DNA of 54,683 nucleotides from Minisyncoccia bacterium (GCA_038215155.1 JBBQRF010000004.1:1-54683); one strand, 5' to 3'; positions 45,113-54,316 are shown, counted from the first letter of the stretch. Notes: generated by a model not told the origin, from the letters alone. Program-made: numbers and translations.

Positions 45113-45200
45113 TCTAGCATGCTTGACTACGAACTTTTAGAGAAGGCCGGACATAACGGGAAAGCCTCTCTAAAAGTTGTAGTCGGCACATGCTAGAATG
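45110..45200. repeat. 91-nt extended imperfect hairpin in the dnaE/rnhB divergent intergenic region
   Basis: Paired blocks are cattctagcatg/catgctagaatg (12 bp), actac/gtagt (5 bp), aacttttagaga/tctctaaaagtt (12 bp) and ggc/gcc, with a 16-nt loop. Confidence 0.75.
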
Positions 45201-45227
45201 AAAATTTAAGCAATCAAAATTTAAAAG

Positions 45228-45857
45228 ATGGATAAGAAATTAAAATATCTCATTGGCATTGATGAAGTGGGGAGGGGGCCATTGGCTGGACCGGTTTGTG
45301 TTGGAGCGGTGATGGTGCCAAGAGGATTTAATTTGAGAATTTTTAAGAGTGCTCGTGATTCAAAGAAGATGACAGCAAGAAAGAGAGAAGAATGTTTTGA
45401 AGAAGTAAAAGCGGCATTTGGCCGGAGAAGAAAAGAGAGCGGTTGCTGCTTTGCTGTTTCCTTTGTCAGTGCTAAAAAAATTGATAGTGGGGGATTAAGC
45501 CCGGCCATAAATGGGGCCATTGCCGATTGCTTGAAAAAATTAAAAGCCAAACCAAAGCAATGCATGATCTTTTTAGATGGCGCCCTCCGGGCGCCATCCG
45601 TCTACAAGAATCAAAAAACCATTATTAGAGGCGATGATAAAGAAAAAATAATTTCTCTCGCCTCAATCGTAGCCAAAGTTTCTCGAGACAAATTAATGAC
45701 CAAACTTTCTCTCAAACATCCCGCTTATAAATTCCATAAACATAAAGGCTACGGCACATCCCTCCATCGAGCTCTAATAAAAAAACACGGCCCTTCACCC
45801 CTCCACCGCCAAACTTTCTTAACAAATATTCTTAAGGAGAGAGGCGTAGTCAAATAA
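45228..45857 (+). CDS. rnhB: Ribonuclease HII
   Basis: IGIDEVGRGPLAGPV and KGYGT motifs. Confidence 0.9.
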   Translation: MDKKLKYLIGIDEVGRGPLAGPVCVGAVMVPRGFNLRIFKSARDSKKMTARKREECFEEVKAAFGRRRKESGCCFAVSFVSAKKIDSGGLSPAINGAIADCLKKLKAKPKQCMIFLDGALRAPSVYKNQKTIIRGDDKEKIISLASIVAKVSRDKLMTKLSLKHPAYKFHKHKGYGTSLHRALIKKHGPSPLHRQTFLTNILKERGVVK

Positions 45858-45937
45858 ATTTTCTGGAATGAAACGACAGGAGTAACGAGGAGTGCGTTGA
45901 AATGGAAGAGAATTTCATTTGACGGAGGCCGCTCTCC

Positions 45938-45966
45938 TTGGCAATTTTTAATATATTTGCTATATT
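45938..45966 (+). promoter_or_regulatory. Sigma70-type promoter of rpmF (leaderless geometry)
   Basis: TTGGCA-17 nt-TATATT with TGc. The ATG begins 7 nt after the last -10 base. Confidence 0.55.
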
Positions 45967-45972
45967 CTCCTC

Positions 45973-46200
45973 ATGGTTATTCGAATGCGACACACTCGGG
46001 CTCATACCGGCAATCGCCGCTCTCACCACGCTCTAAAAAGCGCGGGCAGCACTCTTTGTGCGGAATGCGGACATCCTAAGCTTAAGCACGTCGCTTGCAC
46101 TAATTGCGGCAAGTATAAAAAGCGAGTAGTAGTAGACGTAGTTGCTCGCGCAGAAAGAAAAGAGAAGAAGCGAAAAGAAAAAGCGACAGCAGGAAAATAA
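45973..46200 (+). CDS. rpmF: Ribosomal protein L32 with K/E-rich tail
   Basis: RHTRAHTGNRRSHHAL and CAECG...CTNCG motifs. Confidence 0.9.
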   Translation: MVIRMRHTRAHTGNRRSHHALKSAGSTLCAECGHPKLKHVACTNCGKYKKRVVVDVVARAERKEKKRKEKATAGK

Positions 46201-46243
46201 TTAGTTAGGAATTAAGAGCTAACCCTCTAATTCTTATTTTAAA

Positions 46244-47149
46244 ATGGCTAACCGGCACCTTTCCAGATCAATAGCTCTGCAAGCCCTCTTCGAGTGGGAT
46301 TTTGCCAGTAAGGATGATTCACAAATTGATTCAATCTTAGACCGTATCACTCCAGAATTTGCTGCGGGGATGGGAGACATGAGTTTCGTCCGAGCACTGA
46401 CTGCTAATATTTTAAAAAAACGTCCAGACCTCGATAACATTATTACGAAAGCCGCTCCGGATTGGCCTCTTTCAAAAATCAGCCCCGTTGATCGCAACAT
46501 TCTGCGACTCGGTCTATTTGAATTACTTTTCGCTGATAGAAAAGAAGTACCAGCAAAAGTTGCTATAAACGAGGCCATTGAACTGGCTAAAACTTTTGGA
46601 GGAGACACTAGTGGAAAATTTGTTAACGGAGTACTCGGCGCTGTTTATAAAGAAATGGGTGAGCCAGGAAAAGACGAACAGTCCACAAAAAAACACAAAA
46701 ATTTTAAAAATATTCCGTACGAACAAATGCCCATTGAGACGCTCGGTGGCGCAGTAGTCTACGCCAAGGACCCTCAAGGAGAAATGTATTTAGCCCTAGT
46801 TCACGATGTCTTTGGCCACTGGACACTTTCCAAGGGGGGTCTTGAGGCAAACGAAGAGACAAAACAAGGGACAGAAAAACAAGTGGAGGAGGAAATTGGC
46901 ATTAAGGTTGAAGCCGAAGAAGAGCTAGCTAAAAATGAATACATCGCCACTCATCCTGAAAAAGGAAAAATTCGTAAACAAGTTATTTATTATCTAGCCA
47001 GCGCTTCGTATGAAGATCTTCATTTGAAAAAAAGTGGGGGACTGGACGACGCGCGATGGTTCCGTCTAAAAGATATTTTAGATTTAAATTTCTACAACGA
47101 CATCCTGCCCATCATCACCAAAGCAATTACTATTTTATTAAAGAAATAA
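46244..47149 (+). CDS. nusB: NusB antitermination factor fused to a C-terminal Nudix-fold domain
   Basis: N-terminal RSIALQALFEWDF...AINEAIELAKTFGG...KFVNGVLG (NusB). C-terminal GGLEANEETKQGTEKQVEEEIGI (Nudix-box-like). Confidence 0.8.
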   Translation: MANRHLSRSIALQALFEWDFASKDDSQIDSILDRITPEFAAGMGDMSFVRALTANILKKRPDLDNIITKAAPDWPLSKISPVDRNILRLGLFELLFADRKEVPAKVAINEAIELAKTFGGDTSGKFVNGVLGAVYKEMGEPGKDEQSTKKHKNFKNIPYEQMPIETLGGAVVYAKDPQGEMYLALVHDVFGHWTLSKGGLEANEETKQGTEKQVEEEIGIKVEAEEELAKNEYIATHPEKGKIRKQVIYYLASASYEDLHLKKSGGLDDARWFRLKDILDLNFYNDILPIITKAITILLKK

Positions 47150-47154
47150 TCTGA

Positions 47155-47841
47155 ATGGATTTCTCTCCGTTTGAAAAAATAATCGGCATTACTTTTAAAA
47201 ATAAAGGTCTATTGAAACAGGCCTTTACCCATCGTTCTTATCTAAATGAAAATCGCCAGCTTAGGACAGAACACAATGAACGTCTGGAGTTTTTAGGTGA
47301 TGCAGTTTTGGAATTAGTCATTACAGATTATCTTTTTAAAAAGTACTCTGAAAAACCGGAAGGAGAGTTAACCGCCTATCGTTCGTCTCTTGTAAACTAC
47401 AGCGTTCTCGCTGAGGAGGCGACGCGTCTAAATATGAATAGCTTTCTGCTCCTTTCACGAGGTGAAGCGAAAGATACTGGAAGGGCTCGCACTATTATCC
47501 TAGCCAATGCCTACGAGGCCTTGGTGGGAGCGATTTATTTGGATCAGGGCTATAACGCCGCGCGCGATTTCATCGCCCTCGGCCCTTTCAATCTCATCGA
47601 CGATATTGTTCGAAAAGGCAGTTTTATTGACGCTAAAAGTCTTTTTCAAGAGAAAGCCCAAGAGAAAGCAGGCGTCACCCCACTTTATAAGACTATTAGA
47701 GAAGAAGGTCCCGACCACGATAAACGTTTTACTGTCGGTCTCTATTTAGACGATGACTTAATAGTAGAGGGGAGCGGAAAAGCCAAACAAGAAGCCGAGC
47801 AAGACGCTGCTCGTAAAGCCCTAGAGAAAAAGGGGTGGTAA
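47155..47841 (+). CDS. rnc: Ribonuclease III
   Basis: NERLEFLGDAVL signature and a C-terminal dsRBD (KQEAEQDAARKAL). Confidence 0.92.
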   Translation: MDFSPFEKIIGITFKNKGLLKQAFTHRSYLNENRQLRTEHNERLEFLGDAVLELVITDYLFKKYSEKPEGELTAYRSSLVNYSVLAEEATRLNMNSFLLLSRGEAKDTGRARTIILANAYEALVGAIYLDQGYNAARDFIALGPFNLIDDIVRKGSFIDAKSLFQEKAQEKAGVTPLYKTIREEGPDHDKRFTVGLYLDDDLIVEGSGKAKQEAEQDAARKALEKKGW

Positions 47842-47858
47842 TCTGCTAAAATATATTC

Positions 47859-50111
47859 ATGCATCTTAAATCTCTGGAGCTTTCTGGATTCAAATCTTTT
47901 GCCAAGAAGAGTACTCTTGAATTTAATACCTCAATCTCGGCTATTGTCGGCCCTAATGGGTCCGGAAAATCTAATATTGCCGAGGCCTTTCGTTTTGTCT
48001 TGGGAGAACAGTCCCTTAAATCCATGCGAGGCAAAAAAGGAGAAGACCTTATTTTTAACGGAGGTAAGGACTCTGCGCGCGCCAACAGAGCTAACGTTAA
48101 AGTTAATTTTGATAACAAGGATCGTAATTTGAACGTCGATTTCGACGAGGTAGCTATTGAGCGCATAGTTCATCGAGATGGAATCAATCAGTACTTAATC
48201 AATGGTTCGGAGGTGCGCCTTCGAGACATTATTGAGCTCTTAGCCGGAGCGCACATTGGAGCATCAGGTCATCATATTATTTCCCAAGGAGAAGCGGATA
48301 AAATTCTCAACGCTAATTTGCGCGAGCGCCGCGCCATGATTGAAGATGCCCTTGGTTTAAAGATCTATCAATACAAGAAAGAGGAAAGCGAAAGGAAGCT
48401 AGAAAAAACAGAGGAAAATATTAAATCAGTGGAATCATTACGACGGGAGATTGCGCCGCATTTGAAATTCTTGAAAAAACAGGTGGAAAAGTTGGAGAAG
48501 GCGCGAGAGATGAAAGAAGAATTAAAGGATCTTTATCGAGAATATTTTAAAAGAGAGGAGACTTATTTGAGTTTGGGAAAGGCAAATTTAGCCGGGGAGA
48601 GAAGCGCGCCGCAAGCGGAGCTTGCGGGGCTAGAAAAGGAGCTCCAAAACGCCAAGGGCATTTTGGAAAAGACCAAAGAAAAAGATTCTCGCGGAGAAGC
48701 AATTATTAACATGGAAGGAAAGTTAAAAATTGCTCGCATTGAGCGCGACATTCTTACCCGCGAAGCCGGCCGAATCGAAGGAGAAATTGCCTATTTGGAA
48801 AAAAGCATTAAAAAACAGAAAGAAAACCAAAACCAAGTAGAACAAAAAACTGTTTATTTAAATGAAGTTGAAAGTCTAAAATCGAAAGTCGAAAGCTTGA
48901 TAAAGGAAGCAGAAAGCTTAACAGAAGTTGGATCCATCCGAGGATTGCTTTCTAAAATTCGGGACATTTTCAGTAATTTCATTGAAAGCAATCGTGCTAA
49001 ACGGGAAGAAGCTAACGTCTCAGATTTAGAGGCTGAGCTTTCAAGTCTAAACAAGCAGCGCGAAGATTTAAATAAAAAGTTACAAAATCAAACCGCTGAA
49101 GAAGAAAAATTAAACCAAGAATATTTGCAATTAAAAGAAGAAGTAGAAAAAGGCAAGGATTCCAGTCTAGAAGCTGAACGGAAGATGCTGCAAATCATGG
49201 CGCGCCAGACGGAGCTACACGCCGGATTAAATATTTTAAAATCAACGGAAGAAAAAATAAATCTAGAAGAGGCAGATTTTAAAAGAGAGCTAGGAGAAGC
49301 AGGGGCGCTCCTTGGCCGAGAGGTTATTGATTACCAGACCTTCACTCTCCCCAATAATTCAGAAAGCCGTAATGAGCAATTAGAACGCCGGCGCTATATT
49401 GAGAAAATTAAGATTCGCCTAGAAGAAGCCGGGGCAGGTGGAGGAGAAGACATTCTGAAAGAGTATCAGGACGCCGAAGAGCGCGATGCTTTTTTAGGCA
49501 GGGAATTAGAAGACCTTGATAAATCTGCCATTTCCTTAAAAGAATTGATTACCGATCTTGAAGCTCGGCTCGACCATGAGTTTAAAGAAGGTGTTCATAA
49601 AATCAATGAGGCCTTCGGTAATTTTTTCGCTCTAATGTTTGGCGGCGGCCGCGCCTCTCTCGAAGTAGTGAGAGAGAAAGTCCGCGCCCGGCGTCGTGAT
49701 GAAGATTTGGATCTTGATCTAGAAGCTATGCCGCCCGAGGCAGACGAGCTCGGCGACGAGGGGATTGATATTAGCGTCTCCCTTCCTCACAAAAAAATTA
49801 AAGGTCTAGTAATGCTTTCCGGTGGCGAAAGAGCCCTTACTTCCATCGCTCTTCTTTTCGCCATCTCTCAAGTAAATCCACCTCCATTTATTATTCTAGA
49901 TGAAACAGACGCGGCACTCGACGAAGCAAATTCTCGCAAGTATGGCGATATGATTGAAAATCTTTCTAAATATTCACAACTGATCCTCATCACTCACAAT
50001 CGCGAAACTATGTCCCGCGCCGGCATAATCTATGGCGTCACCATGGGCGGCGACGGCCTCTCTAAACTTCTATCAATTCAATTTGAGCAAGCGGTTGAGG
50101 TAGCGAAATAA
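47859..50111 (+). CDS. smc: SMC-family ATPase, unusually short (750 aa)
   Basis: FKSF...GPNGSGKSN (Walker A), LSGGERALTSIALLFAI (signature) and ILDETDAALD (Walker B). Confidence 0.8.
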   Translation: MHLKSLELSGFKSFAKKSTLEFNTSISAIVGPNGSGKSNIAEAFRFVLGEQSLKSMRGKKGEDLIFNGGKDSARANRANVKVNFDNKDRNLNVDFDEVAIERIVHRDGINQYLINGSEVRLRDIIELLAGAHIGASGHHIISQGEADKILNANLRERRAMIEDALGLKIYQYKKEESERKLEKTEENIKSVESLRREIAPHLKFLKKQVEKLEKAREMKEELKDLYREYFKREETYLSLGKANLAGERSAPQAELAGLEKELQNAKGILEKTKEKDSRGEAIINMEGKLKIARIERDILTREAGRIEGEIAYLEKSIKKQKENQNQVEQKTVYLNEVESLKSKVESLIKEAESLTEVGSIRGLLSKIRDIFSNFIESNRAKREEANVSDLEAELSSLNKQREDLNKKLQNQTAEEEKLNQEYLQLKEEVEKGKDSSLEAERKMLQIMARQTELHAGLNILKSTEEKINLEEADFKRELGEAGALLGREVIDYQTFTLPNNSESRNEQLERRRYIEKIKIRLEEAGAGGGEDILKEYQDAEERDAFLGRELEDLDKSAISLKELITDLEARLDHEFKEGVHKINEAFGNFFALMFGGGRASLEVVREKVRARRRDEDLDLDLEAMPPEADELGDEGIDISVSLPHKKIKGLVMLSGGERALTSIALLFAISQVNPPPFIILDETDAALDEANSRKYGDMIENLSKYSQLILITHNRETMSRAGIIYGVTMGGDGLSKLLSIQFEQAVEVAK

Positions 50112-50148
50112 ATTGACAAATTTGGCTGGAGATATAACCTGATAGCAG

Positions 50149-50646
50149 ATGAGACTTATAGATATTCCGAAAGTACTTTTTTGGCAATTTAGTAAACCAC
50201 CTGCCATAGATCTTCCTCCTTGGAACAGCCATAGGGGCTACCGAATCGGAGCTCCTTTCAAAGAGGCTACTCCTTGGTGGTTAGTTTACGAGGATAACCG
50301 TGGCGTAAAGAGCAATCCCTCTGGGCGGAATAGATTAGCCACTATTGCTCAGTTGATAATTACTCAGGATGAAGAGATTGCAAGAGACGAAGAGTTTCGC
50401 AATTTATGCTCGGTGAATATTAAAGTTAGCCATACGAACCACCCAGACGATTACGAAAATCGTTACCTCCCTAACTGCCGTGGTTTTGAATACATTGATC
50501 CTCGTCATCCGAACATGCCGCACTTACTCCAATTGATCTATCGTTTTCATGAGCTTGCCGCCGCCTCCGAAGATTTCGGTCCCTACCGAGTCTTATCAGA
50601 AGCAGACGCGCAATTGCGAGTCTTGAAAATCACCAGCCACTCTTAG
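50149..50646 (+). CDS. Hypothetical protein (orphan)
   Basis: 165-aa ORF. A TTGACA-16 nt-TAACCT promoter lies 8 nt upstream. No recognisable motif. Confidence 0.5.
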   Translation: MRLIDIPKVLFWQFSKPPAIDLPPWNSHRGYRIGAPFKEATPWWLVYEDNRGVKSNPSGRNRLATIAQLIITQDEEIARDEEFRNLCSVNIKVSHTNHPDDYENRYLPNCRGFEYIDPRHPNMPHLLQLIYRFHELAAASEDFGPYRVLSEADAQLRVLKITSHS

Positions 50647-50660
50647 TGAGTGGTTTTTTA
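50635..50660 (+). terminator. Terminator of the orphan gene (convergent with rnr)
   Basis: ccactc-ttagt-gagtgg followed by tttttt. The TAG stop sits in the loop. Confidence 0.7.
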
Positions 50661-52643
50661 ATTCACCAATTGATAATCTAAAGTTTTCTTTTCGAGATCT
50701 GCGGCGGCTACTTTAATTTTCACTTTGTCACCCAGCGTGTATTTCTTTTTAGTTTTCTGGCCGACAATACAATAATTTTTCTGATCAAAGATATAGTAAT
50801 CATCCATATCACGCAGGCGTACCATTCCTTCTGATTTAGTGGTTAGTTCTTCGACATAAATACCCCATTCAGTGACGCCGGAAATAATGCCATCATAGAT
50901 TTCTCCAACGTGTTCGCTCATGTACTCTACTTGTTTGTATTTAATTGATGATCGTTCTGCGTCTGCGGCAGCTATCTCTTGGCGAGTCGAATCGGTTGAA
51001 ACTTTAAAGTGATAGGCCATTCGTTCAGCGGTGATTTTTTCACCACTTAAAATATCTTGAAGAATGCGATGGACTAATAGATCTGGGTAGCGTCGAATAG
51101 GAGAAGTGAAGTGAGTGTAATATTCAAAAGCTAAGCCAAAATGGCCAATGTTTTTAGTGCTATAAATCGCCTTGGCCATGGAGCGAATGGCCGCAGTTTT
51201 AATTAGTGATTCTTCGGCCTTGCCTTCCACCTGATTGAGTAATGCTTGAATATCTTTTGGCGTTACGCCACTTTTTTTAATAAGGAAGTCATAGCCAAGG
51301 GCTTTTAGAAAAATGGATAGTTCGGCGATTTTTTCCTGGTTAGGCACATCGTGGATTCGGTAAATAGAAATGTCGCGATTTTGGTATTTTTCTTTGGCGG
51401 CGGTGTAAATAAAGTAAGCTACTTCGCGATTGGCGAGAAGCATGAATTCTTCAATCAGTTTATGGGTATCAAGACGGGCCTTCTTTACTACTTCCAGTGG
51501 TTTGCCATTCTCATCAAGTCGGAATTTTACTTCGTCCGTTTCAAAATCAATGGCACCCATTGAAGTCTTTTTTGTCTTTAAGATTTTTGAAAGAGCATTT
51601 AGTGTATTTAGTTCGACAAAATAGTCCCCCTCTTTTTTATCAAGAACACCTTGGGCTTCTTCGTACGCGAAGCGTTTGTCGGAATGAATGATAGTTTTAC
51701 CGAACCAGCGGTTTTTGAGCTCGGCCTCGGGGGTGAGTTCAAAAACCGCTGAGAAGGTGAGCTTATCCTCCTTCGGATTAAGACTACAGATGTCATTTGA
51801 AAGAGCGTGGGGAAGCATGGGAATAGTGCGGTCTACAAGATAGACGGAGAGGCCACGCTTCATAGCCTCCTTATCTAATTGACTGCCGGGTCGAACATAA
51901 TGAGAGACATCAGCAATATGAACACCCACCTCAAAGTTGCCATTAGGTAGTTTTTGAAAAGAGAGAGCGTCGTCAAAATCTTTTGCATCAACGGGATCAA
52001 TGGTGCAAGTAAAGATTTGACGAAAGTCGCGGCGGCGCTCGATTTCCGCCGCCGTTATTTGTTTCTCCGTTTTTTCAATTTTCTCCGCTTCACTTACCAC
52101 CGCTTCTGGAAAAGTAGTATCAAAGCCCTTCTCTAAAACAATTGCCTCCATTTCAACATTATGCTCACCTTTCTGCCCAAGCACTTTCATAACTTTTCCT
52201 TCCGGGCTCTTTTGCGGATCTTTCCAGGAAATTATTTCTGCTAGAGCTTTTTCACCCGCTCTTGCCGTCATCGAATATTCCTTTGAAATAAAAATATCCA
52301 CATACATTTTGCGATCATCCGGTACTAAGAAAAAATTGGAGCCAGCGTTTTCAAGAACTCCCACAAATTGATTTTTGGCTCGGTGGATAATTTCTAGCAC
52401 TTTTCCTTGTTGGCGGCCGCTACCCTTTTTAGGAATTAAAACAGCTTCTACCTCGTCACCGTTAAGGGCTGTATTTAATAGACGATTTTCAATTTCCAAA
52501 TCTTCTGCCTTCGGATTAAGTGGATTCACCAGATAGCCAATTCCACGGGAATTAATACTGATAATGCCTTTTAGATGCATCTCTGGTGCTTTTTTGTGGG
52601 CCATTGGTTTTTTCTTTGACATTTTGTAAGATGATGATAACAT
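50658..52643 (-). CDS. rnr: Ribonuclease R
   Basis: RNB-domain DPVDAKDFDDA and a C-terminal S1 domain. An alternative start lies at 52622. Confidence 0.9.
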   Translation of the reverse strand: MLSSSYKMSKKKPMAHKKAPEMHLKGIISINSRGIGYLVNPLNPKAEDLEIENRLLNTALNGDEVEAVLIPKKGSGRQQGKVLEIIHRAKNQFVGVLENAGSNFFLVPDDRKMYVDIFISKEYSMTARAGEKALAEIISWKDPQKSPEGKVMKVLGQKGEHNVEMEAIVLEKGFDTTFPEAVVSEAEKIEKTEKQITAAEIERRRDFRQIFTCTIDPVDAKDFDDALSFQKLPNGNFEVGVHIADVSHYVRPGSQLDKEAMKRGLSVYLVDRTIPMLPHALSNDICSLNPKEDKLTFSAVFELTPEAELKNRWFGKTIIHSDKRFAYEEAQGVLDKKEGDYFVELNTLNALSKILKTKKTSMGAIDFETDEVKFRLDENGKPLEVVKKARLDTHKLIEEFMLLANREVAYFIYTAAKEKYQNRDISIYRIHDVPNQEKIAELSIFLKALGYDFLIKKSGVTPKDIQALLNQVEGKAEESLIKTAAIRSMAKAIYSTKNIGHFGLAFEYYTHFTSPIRRYPDLLVHRILQDILSGEKITAERMAYHFKVSTDSTRQEIAAADAERSSIKYKQVEYMSEHVGEIYDGIISGVTEWGIYVEELTTKSEGMVRLRDMDDYYIFDQKNYCIVGQKTKKKYTLGDKVKIKVAAADLEKKTLDYQLVN

Positions 52644-52651
52644 ATTGCCAC

Positions 52652-53155
52652 ATGTTAAAGATTAGATTACAACGAATTGGAAGAAAAAATGAACCAGCTT
52701 TTCGCTTGGTTTTAACTGATTCTAAAAACAGCACAAAGAGTGGAAGATCTCTTGAAGTGCTTGGTTCTCACGATTTTCGCAAAGAGACTACCACAATTGT
52801 TGGTGACCGAGTGAAGTACTGGATGAGCAAAGGAGCTCAAGCGACGGACACTGTTCACAATCTTTTAATTTCTCACAAAATAATTGACGCCAAAAAAAGA
52901 AACGTTTTACCTAAAAAGACAGTAGAAAAAAAGGAAGAGCCTGCTCCGGAAAAATCTGCAGTAGAAACTCCAGCGCCGGCTGATGCGGCCGCCCCGGTCG
53001 CTGAGACTCCTGTAACAGAAACGGCAGCACCAGTGGCAGAGGAAGCGCCAGTAGCAGAGGAGACTCCACTACCAGAACCAGCGCCAGAAGTAGAGCCAGC
53101 ACCCGAACCAGACGCAGCGGCTGAGGTTCCTAGTGATAGCGCGCCCGCCGCCTAG
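52652..53155 (+). CDS. rpsP: Ribosomal protein S16 with a long A/P/E-rich tail
   Basis: MLKIRLQRIGRKNEPAFRLV. The tracker's upstream extension is rejected. Confidence 0.9.
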   Translation: MLKIRLQRIGRKNEPAFRLVLTDSKNSTKSGRSLEVLGSHDFRKETTTIVGDRVKYWMSKGAQATDTVHNLLISHKIIDAKKRNVLPKKTVEKKEEPAPEKSAVETPAPADAAAPVAETPVTETAAPVAEEAPVAEETPLPEPAPEVEPAPEPDAAAEVPSDSAPAA

Positions 53156-53234
53156 TTTACAAATCTTTCACAACTCTTATAATAATTAAAGGAATGGTCG
53201 ACATTCACATTTGATAGAAAAGATATTTAATAAA

Positions 53235-53549
53235 ATGAACGAACAAGATACACAATTTCTAGATTACGTAGTGAAAGCTCTAGTTGATAATCAGAACGCC
53301 GTTAAAATTAATCGCACTGTCGATGAAATGGGAGTGTTAATGACCCTGTCGGTTGATCCAGCAGATATGGGAAAGGTTATTGGCCGCCTAGGCAATACCG
53401 CTAAAGCAATTCGGACCTTACTACGAGTAGTCGGAATGAAAAATAACGCCCGCGTTAATCTCAAGATCGAGGAACCAGAAGGCGGAATTAAGAAGGAACA
53501 GAGCGCTAGCCGGACTGTCGACGAAGTAATGGAGGATCTTAAGCTTTAA
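53235..53549 (+). CDS. KH-domain RNA-binding protein (YlqC-like)
   Basis: GKVIGRLGNTAKAIRTLL (GxxG KH motif). Conserved position between rpsP and trmD. Confidence 0.8.
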   Translation: MNEQDTQFLDYVVKALVDNQNAVKINRTVDEMGVLMTLSVDPADMGKVIGRLGNTAKAIRTLLRVVGMKNNARVNLKIEEPEGGIKKEQSASRTVDEVMEDLKL

Positions 53550-53560
53550 ATTCAAAAATA

Positions 53561-53596
53561 AAAACCGGGGCACACAAAGCCTCGGTTTTTATTTTT
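53561..53596 (+). terminator. Rho-independent terminator
   Basis: aaaaccgggg-cacacaaa-gcctcggtttt (one G-U pair) followed by tttttattttt. Confidence 0.7.
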
Positions 53597-53641
53597 AGTT
53601 TATGAACTTTACAAACCTTATGAACTTTATAAACTTCCTAT

Positions 53642-54316
53642 ATGACCTTCCATATCATCACCCTATTTCCAGGAATTTTCGATTCTTATCTGAATGAATC
53701 GATACTTAAACGTGCCCAAAAAGCCAAACTAATTAAGTTTAAATTCTATAATCCTCGTGATTATGTGAAAGTAGAACGAAGTCAAAGAGGGAAGAGCAAG
53801 CCATATTTGAGAGTAGACGACAAACCTTATGGCGGTGGCCCGGGAATGGTAATGCAGGCAGAGCCTTTGATTAAAGCTATTACAAAGGCTCTGTCACGCG
53901 GAACGAAAGATAAATCGCGAATAGAAATTATTTTCCTCGCCCCCCACGGAAAACAATTCGATACAAAATATGCTAAAAGTACTGTTGAAAAATATACTGA
54001 TATTATTTTAATCTGCGGACGATACGAAGGTATCGATGCTCGAGTGCGAAAAATATTTAAAGCAAAAGAAATGACTATTGGCCCATATGTTTTAACCGGT
54101 GGGGAATTGCCAGCTATGATTATGATTGATTCCATGGCGCGTCAAATTGAAGGAGTTTTGGGAAACTTCCAATCTCTAGAAGAAACCAGAATCGCCGGCC
54201 GCGACGTCTACACGCGGCCGGCTTCCTTAACCCATAAATGCAAAGCCTACAAAGTGCCCAAGGTTCTACTCTCCGGCCATCACCAAAAGATTGATAAGTG
54301 GAGGGAGAAAAAATAG
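53642..54316 (+). CDS. trmD: tRNA (guanine37-N1)-methyltransferase
   Basis: ITLFPGIF, CGRYEGIDARV and LTGGELPAM motifs. Confidence 0.92.
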   Translation: MTFHIITLFPGIFDSYLNESILKRAQKAKLIKFKFYNPRDYVKVERSQRGKSKPYLRVDDKPYGGGPGMVMQAEPLIKAITKALSRGTKDKSRIEIIFLAPHGKQFDTKYAKSTVEKYTDIILICGRYEGIDARVRKIFKAKEMTIGPYVLTGGELPAMIMIDSMARQIEGVLGNFQSLEETRIAGRDVYTRPASLTHKCKAYKVPKVLLSGHHQKIDKWREKK

